DNA of 64,000 bases from Ilumatobacteraceae bacterium (GTDB taxonomy: Bacteria; Actinomycetota; Acidimicrobiia; Acidimicrobiales; Ilumatobacteraceae): positions 944 to 64,943 of the forward strand of contig JBIKLX010000001.1 in assembly GCA_044359565.1 (NCBI GenBank), given 5' to 3'. How positions within the stretch are numbered: the stretch's first letter is position 1; each line of letters begins with the position of its first letter. Made by a program: the position numbers and the translations under genes. The notes under the pieces are model-generated. The model saw nothing but the letters and a program-made list of their open reading frames with translations. It made no database searches and was not told the DNA's origin. Shown here in pieces: positions 1 to 7,410 of this stretch.

Positions 1-791
1 CGTGCCTCGTTCAATGCCGCAGCGTCGAGCACAGTGGTGGCCTCGCGTCCGCCCAGCGCCACCACCTCGGCGCGTGCCGCAGGCGACTGCAGTCGACCGA
101 ACACCTCGAGTTCGCGCTCGCTGAACAGGGCGGGCAGCACCCGGTTGGCCACCACCGCAGCCACGTCGACCTTCGTCTCGCGGTGCACCCGGTCGATCAG
201 TTCGATGGTCTCGACCACCGGCATCTCCTCCGGGGTGGTGACCACCACCAGGCCGGTGCAGGTGGCGTCGTCGAGGATCTCGAGCATCCAGTCGGTCTGG
301 TCGCGAACCAGGCCCACCTGCACCAGTTGGCGGATCACCGTGGGTGCAGCGATCTGGGCGACGATGTGCCCGCTGGCCTCGGCGTCGACCACCACCAGGT
401 CGTAGTGCCGCTCGCGCACCTCGTAGCACAGCTTGCCGACGGCCAGGATCTCTTTCACTCCGGGTGCCGCGTCGGCGACGAAGTCGAAGGTTCTCGCCAG
501 CGGGCCGATGCGGGCCACGAGCGGGATGCGCACGAACAACCGCAGGTATTCGCGCAGCGCGTCCTCGGTGTTCATCTGCATCGCCCACAGCCGCTCGCCC
601 ACCTGTGTGGGCGCGAACCCGAGTGGGCCGACGTCGAACGCGGCGGACAGGCTGCCCTTGGCGTCCATCTCGCACACGAGGGTGCGCTTACCGAGGCTGG
701 CGGCCAGTTCGGCCAGCGCCGCAGCCGCGGTGGTCTTGCCGACTCCGCCTTTGCCGGTGACGAACAGCAGGCGGCGGTCGAGCAGTGTCAG
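1..791 (-). CDS. ArsA/GET3-family (anion-transporting-type) P-loop ATPase. It is 5'-complete in the window and its 3' end runs off the left edge. The start codon is unresolved.
   Basis: My own minus-strand translation of about 785 down to 650 gives LLDRRLLFVTGKGGVGKTTAAAALAELAASLGKRTLVCEMDAKGS, a deviant Walker A. The same frame is still open where I re-translated the left end (bases 59 down to 3, ...ALGGREATTVLDAAALNEA); I did not translate the interior. The gene is absent from the ORF track because it has no in-window stop. I found no ATG/GTG/TTG between the P-loop and about 896; the candidates are CTG at 791 and GTG at 896. Confidence 0.7.
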   Translation of the reverse strand, partial: MTLLDRRLLFVTGKGGVGKTTAAAALAELAASLGKRTLVCEMDAKGSLSAAFDVGPLGFAPTQVGERLWAMQMNTEDALREYLRLFVRIPLVARIGPLARTFDFVADAAPGVKEILAVGKLCYEVRERHYDLVVVDAEASGHIVAQIAAPTVIRQLVQVGLVRDQTDWMLEILDDATCTGLVVVTTPEEMPVVETIELIDRVHRETKVDVAAVVANRVLPALFSERELEVFGRLQSPAARAEVVALGGREATTVLDAAALNEA

Positions 792-1021
792 GCGCCGAAC
801 CCGATCTTGCGCGTCGTGTCGGCCGAACCGATTTCGATGTAGGCGATCTTCGCCGCCGACACCGCGGTGCGGCGACCCTTCTTGTCGGTCACCCACAGCA
901 CGTCGACGGCACCCGACAGGGCGGCCTCGACCTGTTGCTGCAACGCGTCGCCATCGGTGTCGTCGGCCAGTTCGATCGACAACTCGCGGGGAGATTGGGT
1001 GACACCGATGCGCAGATCCAT
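788..1021 (-). CDS. DUF3107-family small protein
   Basis: A 77-aa ORF with an ATG start. The sequence MDLRIGVTQSPRELSIE...WVTDKKGRRTAVSAAKIAYIEIGS matches the actinobacterial DUF3107 pattern as I remember it. Confidence 0.8.
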   Translation of the reverse strand: MDLRIGVTQSPRELSIELADDTDGDALQQQVEAALSGAVDVLWVTDKKGRRTAVSAAKIAYIEIGSADTTRKIGFGA

Positions 1022-1047
1022 CGGCCCAGTCTACGGACCCAACCCCC

Positions 1048-1152
1048 GCGATGAGCGATGTGCGCACCAGCTGCGCAGGTTGCTCATCGCGCCGGGCCAC
1101 CCGGGCAGCGCGATGAGCAGTGTGCGCACCAGCTGCGCAGGTTGCTCATCGC
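1048..1152. repeat. Two tandem copies (period 62 bp) of a 43-bp GC-rich compound hairpin. They lie between the ADH stop and the DUF3107 start, and are probably tandem I-shaped terminators.
   Basis: Copy 1 is 1048-1090 and copy 2 is 1110-1152. Both read GCGATGAGC-nnnn-TGCGCAccagcTGCGCA-ggtt-GCTCATCGC, with a 9-bp outer stem and a 6-bp inner stem. The copies differ only in the 4-nt bulge (gatg versus agtg). Confidence 0.7.
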
Positions 1153-1169
1153 GTCAGGCGAGCGGGGGG

Positions 1170-2255
1170 TCAGAGGAGGACGACGGAGCGGAGCACCTCG
1201 CCGCGCTCCATCTTGTGGAAGGCCTCCTCCACATCGTCGAGGCCGATGGTCTCGCTGACGAAGCCATCGAGCGGCAGGCGGCCCTGCAGGTAGAGGTCGA
1301 CGAGCATCGGGAAGTCGCGGCTGGGCAGGCAGTCGCCGTACCAGCTGCTCTTCAACGATCCGCCACGGCCGAACACCTCGATGTACGGCAGTTCGAGCGT
1401 CATGTCGGGCCGCGGCACGCCCACCAGCACCACGGTGCCGGCGAGGTCGCGGGCGTCGAACGCCTGGCGGTACACGCCAGGGTGGCCGACCGCCTCGATG
1501 CACACGTCGGCACCGTTGCCGCCAGTGACGCTCTTCACGAACTCGACCGGATCGGTGGTCGACGCGTTCACGGTGTGGGTGGCACCGAACTGCGTGGCCC
1601 ACTCGAGCTTGCGGTCGTCGAGGTCGACACCGATGATGGTGTGCGCGCCCGCCAGACGGGCACCGGCAATAGCCGCGTTGCCTACACCGCCGCAGCCGAA
1701 CACGGCCACCGAGTCGCCACGGCCGACGTTGCCGGTGTTGATGGCGGCGCCGATGCCCGCCATGACGCCGCACCCCAGCAGGCCCGCCGCGGCGGCAGGG
1801 GCGGTGGGGTCGACCTTGGTGCACTGACCGGCGGCGACGAGAGTCTTCTCGACGAAGGCACCGATGCCCAGCGCCGGCGACAGTTCGGTGCCGTCGAGCA
1901 GGGTCATCTTCTGCTTCGCGTTGAACGTGCTGAAGCAGTACCAGGGGCGGCCGCGCAGGCACGAGCGGCAGGTGCCGCACACCGCGCGCCAGTTGAGGAT
2001 GACGTAGTCGCCCGGCGCAACACCGGTGACGCCCTCGCCCACCGACTCGACCACTCCTGCGGCCTCGTGGCCGAGCAGGAACGGGAAGTCGTCGTTGATA
2101 CCGCCCTCGCGGTAGTGGAGGTCGGTGTGGCACACCCCGCAGGCCTGGATCTTCACCACGGCCTCACCCGGGCCCGGATCGGGCACCACGATGGTCTCGA
2201 TCGACACCGGCTGGCCCTTGCCCCGGGCCACGACTCCACGCACCTGCTGCGGCAT
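1170..2255 (-). CDS. Class III zinc-dependent alcohol dehydrogenase, of the S-(hydroxymethyl)mycothiol/glutathione dehydrogenase type
   Basis: Motifs seen: [25 protein letters not shown] and the Rossmann motif [13 protein letters not shown] trimmed the start to the ATG at 2255 (MPQQVRGVV), which is preceded by AAAGGGGAG. Confidence 0.9.
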   Translation of the reverse strand: MPQQVRGVVARGKGQPVSIETIVVPDPGPGEAVVKIQACGVCHTDLHYREGGINDDFPFLLGHEAAGVVESVGEGVTGVAPGDYVILNWRAVCGTCRSCLRGRPWYCFSTFNAKQKMTLLDGTELSPALGIGAFVEKTLVAAGQCTKVDPTAPAAAAGLLGCGVMAGIGAAINTGNVGRGDSVAVFGCGGVGNAAIAGARLAGAHTIIGVDLDDRKLEWATQFGATHTVNASTTDPVEFVKSVTGGNGADVCIEAVGHPGVYRQAFDARDLAGTVVLVGVPRPDMTLELPYIEVFGRGGSLKSSWYGDCLPSRDFPMLVDLYLQGRLPLDGFVSETIGLDDVEEAFHKMERGEVLRSVVLL

Positions 2256-2319
2256 CACTGCTCCCCTTTCGAACGTGCGCCCACGACGCTGTGGGCGCAA
2301 CGCAGCGAACGGTAGCCGG

Positions 2320-3081
2320 TCAGACCGTGGTGGCACAGAAGGTGTCGCCCTGAGGGAGCGACTGCTGCAACAACGGCTCGGTGTCGCCGCTGTACAGCGC
2401 CTCGAGCATCCCCTTCACCATGCCCCGGTCGACCGCGCAGATGACCGGGTGCTCGATGGCCACGTCGCCGAACGGGCAGTGGTTGTTGATGATGCGGAGC
2501 TGATTGTTGCGCTGGTCGGCGTGGGCGGCGAACCCGTGCGCAGTGAGCGCGTCGGCGACGGCCTGCAGGGCCGAGCGCAGCGAGCGTTGGCCGGCCGCCA
2601 CATCGGGCCCGGTGATGCCCGCGGCCATGGTGGTGCCATAGGTGCGGCCCACCTCCTCGGCCATCGCTTCAGCCTGGTCGCGGGGCAGCAGTTCGAGGGC
2701 ACGACCGAGCAGGGTGAGCACCAGGTCGTCGCTGCGCACCGGCACATCGGGCAACGACTCGCTGGCGGCGCGATAGTGCTTCGACGGCCGACCGGCACCC
2801 GACCCCTCGGCACGCTCGACGGCCACCTCGAGGTAGCCACCGGCCGCGAGGCGATCGAGGTGGTGACGAGCAACGTTGGGGTGCAGACCGAACTGCGCCG
2901 CCACCTGCGCCGCCGTGACGCCACGGTCGGTGGACCGGGCGAACAGATAGATGCTGCGCCGGGTGGGGTCGCCGAAGGCACTGGTGATGGCCGAGACGGT
3001 GGCCGAGAACGCGCCATGATCTCGGTCGGCCCCGTGATCTCGAACCGTGTCGGGGGCTGCGCTCGGCTGCTTGGCTGCCAC
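2320..3081 (-). CDS. Winged-helix transcriptional regulator of the COG2345/SufR-like (ArsR-type) kind, with a C-terminal Cys motif
   Basis: The N-terminal HTH reads [30 protein letters not shown]. The C-terminal region contains [15 protein letters not shown] (C-X12-C) plus a third Cys near the end. The start is a GTG at 3081. Confidence 0.65.
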   Translation of the reverse strand: MAAKQPSAAPDTVRDHGADRDHGAFSATVSAITSAFGDPTRRSIYLFARSTDRGVTAAQVAAQFGLHPNVARHHLDRLAAGGYLEVAVERAEGSGAGRPSKHYRAASESLPDVPVRSDDLVLTLLGRALELLPRDQAEAMAEEVGRTYGTTMAAGITGPDVAAGQRSLRSALQAVADALTAHGFAAHADQRNNQLRIINNHCPFGDVAIEHPVICAVDRGMVKGMLEALYSGDTEPLLQQSLPQGDTFCATTV

Positions 3082-3090
3082 GCCGGTATT

Positions 3091-3106
3091 CTACCTATCC
3101 AGGTAG
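3091..3106. promoter_or_regulatory. Perfect 6-4-6 palindrome CTACCT-atcc-AGGTAG in the only AT-richer stretch between the divergent regulator and apbC genes. It is a candidate operator.
   Basis: Read directly from the sequence (ggtattCTACCTatccAGGTAGtggtaatt). It lies 10 nt upstream of the regulator's GTG and about 60 nt upstream of the apbC ATG. Confidence 0.45.
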
Positions 3107-3164
3107 TGGTAATTCGACCGACCGGTCACACCCCGCCCTCCCCCGCAGCCACCAAGGACGCCCC

Positions 3165-4304
3165 ATGCCCACGCACGACCAGATCATCGACGCGCTCCGC
3201 CCGGTGGAAGATCCCGAACTGCGTCGCTCGATCGTCGACCTCGGCATGGTGCGCAATGTCATCGTCGACGGCAGCACGGTCAGCGTCCTCGTGGCCCTCA
3301 CCGTGGCCGGTTGCCCGCTGCGCAACGAGATCCAGAACCGCGTCACCACGGCCGTCACGGCACTCGACGGGGTGAACAGCGTGGCGCTCGACTTCACCGT
3401 GATGACCGACCAAGAGCGCGAAGAACTGCGCATGAAGCTGCACGGCAACCCAGGCGCCACGGCCGGCCAGGGCCAAGCCCACGGCCACGCCGAGGGTCGC
3501 ACCATCCCGTTCAGCCAGCCCGGTTCGAAGACCCGCCCGTTGCTCATCTCGTCGGGCAAGGGTGGTGTGGGCAAGAGCTCGGTCACCGTCAACCTCGCCG
3601 TCGCGCTGGCCTCACAGGGCTACTCAGTGGGCGTGGTCGACGCCGACATCTACGGCTACTCGGTGCCGCGCATGCTGGGCACCGACCGCGACCCGGTGGT
3701 CATCGACCAGATGCTGATCCCGCCCGAGCAGTGGGGCGTGCGGTGCATCTCGATCGGCTACTTCGTGCCCCAGGGGCAGGCGGTCATCTGGCGCGGCCCC
3801 ATGCTGCACAAGGCGCTCGAGCAGTTCCTCACCGACGTGTACTGGGACGAACCCGACTTCCTGCTCATCGACATGCCCCCCGGCACCGGCGACATCGCCC
3901 TGTCGCTCAGCCAGTACCTGCCACGCGGTGAGGTGTACGTGGTCACCACCCCGCAGCCTGCCGCGCAGGAGGTCGCCCGTCTGTCGGCGGCCATGGCCGA
4001 GAAGGTGAAGCTGCCCGTGAAGGGTGTCATCGAGAACATGAGCTGGTTCACCGGCGACGACGGCAAGCACTACGAGATCTTCGGCGAGGGCGGCGGCGCG
4101 CTGCTGGCCGACGAGCTCGGTGTGCCGTTGCTCGGGCAACTGCCGTTGGTGCCTGCGCTTCGCGAAGGCGGCGACAACGGCCGCCCCATCACCGCCGTGC
4201 AGCCCGACAGCGAGGCCGCCCTCGTCTTCCAGGAGATCGCCCGGCGCATCGCCGTCGAACTGAAGCCGAAGAAGATCTTCAGCCCCAGCCTGCGCATCAC
4301 CTGA
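3165..4304 (+). CDS. apbC: Fe-S cluster carrier ATPase Mrp/ApbC with an N-terminal DUF59 (MIP18) domain
   Basis: The DUF59-like N-terminus reads IIDALRPVEDPELRRSIVDLGMV. The deviant Walker A is GKGGVGKSSVTVNLA, and the DMPPGTGD motif is present. Confidence 0.92.
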   Translation: MPTHDQIIDALRPVEDPELRRSIVDLGMVRNVIVDGSTVSVLVALTVAGCPLRNEIQNRVTTAVTALDGVNSVALDFTVMTDQEREELRMKLHGNPGATAGQGQAHGHAEGRTIPFSQPGSKTRPLLISSGKGGVGKSSVTVNLAVALASQGYSVGVVDADIYGYSVPRMLGTDRDPVVIDQMLIPPEQWGVRCISIGYFVPQGQAVIWRGPMLHKALEQFLTDVYWDEPDFLLIDMPPGTGDIALSLSQYLPRGEVYVVTTPQPAAQEVARLSAAMAEKVKLPVKGVIENMSWFTGDDGKHYEIFGEGGGALLADELGVPLLGQLPLVPALREGGDNGRPITAVQPDSEAALVFQEIARRIAVELKPKKIFSPSLRIT

Positions 4305-4346
4305 GCCGGCGCAGGCCCGCGACGCCTGCCGATAGCGTGAGCCGCC

Positions 4347-5138
4347 ATGAGCGAGCCCGAGTTGCCGTCGTCGTACCCGCCTCCACCGCCACCCCCGCCC
4401 CCCATCACCCCACCGCCCGGCTACATCGCGTACGGCGGTCCGGGTTCGGCGATGCCCCATCAGTTCCAGCCGGTGAAGCGCCTCACCACCGCACTCGTCG
4501 CAGTGCAGGTGGCCAGCCTGGTGGTGAGCCTGGTGGCTGCTATCTGGCAGGCCATGTTCGCCAACGATGCACAGCGCTTCCTCGACGGGGCCATCACCCA
4601 GCGCGAGTTCGACAGCGCCTACGAGTCGTTCTCGCAGTTCTCGTTCATCGCCTTCCCCCTGGGCATCGCCGGCATCGTGCTGTCGTCGATCTGGAGCTAC
4701 CGCATCGCGGGGAACGCAGTCGGCGCCGGCCGGGCACCGGTGACGTGGAAGTCGGGCCTCACCATCCTCGCGTGGATCCTGGCCTGCCTGTTCGGCATCC
4801 TGCCGTTCCTCATGTTGCGTGAACACTGGCGGGCATCCGATCCCGAACTCGGGTTCGGCGACCCCACCTGGAAGTCGCGGCCCGTCTCGCCACTCATCAC
4901 CGCCTGGTTCGTCGTCAGCCTCGTCGGCCAACTTGCGTCCATCGCTGCTGTCGGTTCGGTGATCGGGAACTTCGACCCCAATTCGGCCGACGACGCCCCC
5001 GCCCTGGCCAAGCAGTTCACTGACCAGGCCGCCTTCATCATCCCGGGCGCCATCCTCTCGCTGGTCGCCAGTGTGCTGCTCATCATGATCATCCGCGCCC
5101 TGGGCGCCCGGCACATGCGGCTCACGCGCGAGGTATGA
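4347..5138 (+). CDS. DUF4328-like polytopic membrane protein with a poly-proline N-terminus
   Basis: The N-terminus reads SSYPPPPPPPPPITPPPGY. Several hydrophobic segments follow, along with a SIWSYRIAGNA motif typical of DUF4328 as I recall it. Confidence 0.6.
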   Translation: MSEPELPSSYPPPPPPPPPITPPPGYIAYGGPGSAMPHQFQPVKRLTTALVAVQVASLVVSLVAAIWQAMFANDAQRFLDGAITQREFDSAYESFSQFSFIAFPLGIAGIVLSSIWSYRIAGNAVGAGRAPVTWKSGLTILAWILACLFGILPFLMLREHWRASDPELGFGDPTWKSRPVSPLITAWFVVSLVGQLASIAAVGSVIGNFDPNSADDAPALAKQFTDQAAFIIPGAILSLVASVLLIMIIRALGARHMRLTREV

Positions 5139-5593
5139 GCCTGTACCTGGTCCGCCACGCCAAGGCGGGCAACCGGTCCGAGTGGCAGGGCGACGATCAC
5201 ATCCGCCCGCTCACCCCGAAGGGTTGGCGTCAGGCCGAGGCCATCGCGGCTCGGCTGGCTCCGCGGCGTCCCACCGCCCTGCGCTCGAGCACGTATGTGC
5301 GGTGCCGACAGACACTCGAACCGCTCGGTGCACTCGTCGGTCTCGACGTGGTCGACGAACCAGCACTGGTGGAAGGCAACCCGTTCGAGCCGGTGCTGCA
5401 CCTGCTGGCCACCCTGCCCGACGGCGCGGTGCTGTGCAGTCACGGCGACGTCATCCCCGACACGTTGGCAGCGCTGGAACGGCGTGGCTGCCGCTTCGCC
5501 GGACCGGTCGAGTGGCGCAAGGGGTCGGTGTGGACGCTCGAACGGGTCGGTGACGACATCGTCGCGGCCGAGATGTGGCTCCCCGCCGACTGA
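5135..5593 (+). CDS. Histidine phosphatase superfamily protein (SixA-like)
   Basis: Motifs LYLVRHAKAG (RHG-type) and a distal HGDVIPD are present. The start forms an ATGA overlap with the upstream gene's stop. Confidence 0.8.
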   Translation: MSLYLVRHAKAGNRSEWQGDDHIRPLTPKGWRQAEAIAARLAPRRPTALRSSTYVRCRQTLEPLGALVGLDVVDEPALVEGNPFEPVLHLLATLPDGAVLCSHGDVIPDTLAALERRGCRFAGPVEWRKGSVWTLERVGDDIVAAEMWLPAD

Positions 5594-5624
5594 CCTGGGC
5601 CGAACCGACCTGGGCCGAACTGAC

Positions 5625-6347
5625 TCAGCCGAGGTTGCCGACGAACGCCTCGATCATGCCGCGCATCTCGCCGGGGGGGTTGTTGGCCAGGCACGCCTCG
5701 CCCTGCTGCTTGGCCAGGTCGAGGTCGGGCTCGGTGTACCACCGGGCAGCGGTCACCGCGTACAGGCAGTGCGCGTCGGCGTAGGTAGGCGTGTCGGTGA
5801 TGACCTCCTCGAACAACGCGGTGGCCTGGTCGAGCGCCAGCGTGGCGGCCGCGGGGCTGACGCTGCCTGCGCTGAGCGCCAGCAGCCACGCGGTGTAGGT
5901 ACGCGCTTCGGGGTTGTCGGGCTCGAGGGCGATCACCTCCTGATACAGCGTGATGGCCCCACCTGGGTCGGTGCCCAGCAGCGACCGGGCTCGCGCCAGT
6001 TTGGCGCTCACCTCATCGACCTCCAGGCCGCCCGTCATCGTCTGACCGGCAACGCGCTGACCCGAGTAGTGGGCCACCAGCCACCCACTCAGCACCGCCA
6101 CCGCCACCACCCCGGCCGTCCATGCGGCGATGCGACCCCACCGCACGGGCGTGCGTACGGGCAGCGCAGCCGAACCCTCCTCGATCTGGCGCAGCACGGC
6201 GGCGGCACGGGCCACATAGCCGTCGCGCACCGCGGCGTAGTCGGCATCGTCGACATCGCCGGCCGCCTGCTCGCGGTCGAGGTCGTCGATCGAACGCAGC
6301 AGGAACCGGCGCTCCTCCTCGAGCAACGCCAACTCGTCGGGGTTCAC
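5625..6347 (-). CDS. TPR-containing cytochrome c maturation accessory protein (CcmI-like, or a CcmH C-terminal-domain-like protein)
   Basis: The GTG at 6347 forms a GTGA overlap with the ccmH stop. The protein has one TM segment (RIAAWTAGVVAVAVLSGWLVA) followed by TPR-like helices (ITLYQEVIALEPDNPEARTYTAWLL). Confidence 0.6.
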   Translation of the reverse strand: MNPDELALLEEERRFLLRSIDDLDREQAAGDVDDADYAAVRDGYVARAAAVLRQIEEGSAALPVRTPVRWGRIAAWTAGVVAVAVLSGWLVAHYSGQRVAGQTMTGGLEVDEVSAKLARARSLLGTDPGGAITLYQEVIALEPDNPEARTYTAWLLALSAGSVSPAAATLALDQATALFEEVITDTPTYADAHCLYAVTAARWYTEPDLDLAKQQGEACLANNPPGEMRGMIEAFVGNLG

Positions 6348-6850
6348 CCGCGCTCCCCGTCCCTGTGCGAATCGCTCTGGAGCGCAGCGTCGACCAAGGC
6401 GCGGTCGGCGTCGGTGGGCACGGTGTCGGCTGCGCGCCGCCAGCGACGGAACGCCACCGCCAGGCCCGCAGTCGCGCACACGAACACCGCCACCGGCAGC
6501 GCCCACACCAGCGCGTCGAGGCCGGATGCACGCGGCACCAGCAGCACCTGTGCGCCGTAGCGCTGCTCGATGAAGGAGATGATGTCGTCGTTACTGCGCT
6601 CGCCGGCAGCCACCTGCGCCTTGATCTCGGTGCGGATGGTCGCCGACGCGTTGTTACGCGACTCGAACACGCTCTCACCGTCGCAGATGGGGCAGGCGAG
6701 GCGCTTGGAGACCTCTTCCACACGCTCTTCGGGTGTGCGCGGCCCACTGTCGTGGGTGATGCCCACCGCCAGCAGCAGGCCCACCACCACGGCGAGCAGC
6801 ACCCAGCCGGGCCACTGCTGTTTGAACCGCTTCCAGCCGACCGATGCCAT
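6344..6850 (-). CDS. ccmH: Cytochrome c-type biogenesis protein CcmH
   Basis: An N-terminal TM segment is followed by LACPICDGESV (an LRCxxC-type CXXC) and SFIEQRYG, then a C-terminal TM. I trimmed the start to the ATG at 6850, which overlaps the ccmG stop by 1 nt. Confidence 0.85.
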   Translation of the reverse strand: MASVGWKRFKQQWPGWVLLAVVVGLLLAVGITHDSGPRTPEERVEEVSKRLACPICDGESVFESRNNASATIRTEIKAQVAAGERSNDDIISFIEQRYGAQVLLVPRASGLDALVWALPVAVFVCATAGLAVAFRRWRRAADTVPTDADRALVDAALQSDSHRDGERG

Positions 6851-7410
6851 CAGAGCCCCTGTTCGCGCAGTTGCTGGAGGTAACTCGACAGGAACGTCGC
6901 CGTGATCTCGCCGGCGATGCGCTGCCGCACGATTCCGTTGGGGTCGACGATCCAGGTCTCGGGTACCTGCGCCACACCGAAGTCGACCGAGATGGCGCCC
7001 GTGGGATCCTTCACCACCGGCCAGACGCCACCGTTGTCGTCGAAGAACGCCTGCACATCTGCGTCGCTGCCATCGTTGATGACGGTGTACAACTCGGCGC
7101 CGTCGGCGAGCGCCTGCTGCTCGGCGTGGAACGTGACGAGTTCGGGGTGCTCGTGCACACAGGGCCGGCATGTCGGATCGAAGAAGTTGAGCACCACCCA
7201 ACTGCCCTTGCGGCGACTGAGGTCGAACGGTTCACCATCGAGCGTGGTACCGGTGGCGGCCGGAGCCGGCTTGCCGATGAGGAACGACGACACCGAGTCG
7301 TTCCGACTCGTATCGCTCTGGGCCAAGATGACGAACAGCACGGCGATGACGACGGCGACACCGAGCACGATGAACGGGGCGATGCGGCGGCGCCGATCAG
7401 ACACGGGCAC
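6850..7410 (-). CDS. ccmG: Thiol:disulfide oxidoreductase CcmG/DsbE (TlpA/ResA-like thioredoxin fold)
   Basis: A signal-anchor segment is followed by FFDPTCRPCVHEHPEL (a CXXC motif). The GTG start at 7410 overlaps the ccmF end; 7404 is an alternative start. Confidence 0.85.
   Translation of the reverse strand: MPVSDRRRRIAPFIVLGVAVVIAVLFVILAQSDTSRNDSVSSFLIGKPAPAATGTTLDGEPFDLSRRKGSWVVLNFFDPTCRPCVHEHPELVTFHAEQQALADGAELYTVINDGSDADVQAFFDDNGGVWPVVKDPTGAISVDFGVAQVPETWIVDPNGIVRQRIAGEITATFLSSYLQQLREQGL

Noticed and set aside
3091-3106. The palindrome CTACCTatccAGGTAG as an IdeR/DtxR iron box.
   Set aside because: The half-site order and spacing do not match the 19-bp TTAGGTTAGGCTAACCTAA consensus as I remember it, and the DtxR-family gene is 20 kb away. 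I kept it only as a candidate operator for the adjacent regulator.
3522-3530. GGTTCGAAG (and GGTTCGATC near 57198) as possible tRNA T-arm signatures.
   Set aside because: Both lie within or against well-supported coding sequence. They lack the surrounding acceptor and anticodon stem complementarity, and no intergenic gap is long enough for a tRNA.
4375-4420. The poly-proline tract (10 consecutive Pro codons) at the DUF4328 N-terminus as a regulatory stalling element.
   Set aside because: It is likely to need EF-P for translation. Pro-rich N-termini are common in this protein family and in high-GC genomes, so nothing specific can be claimed.
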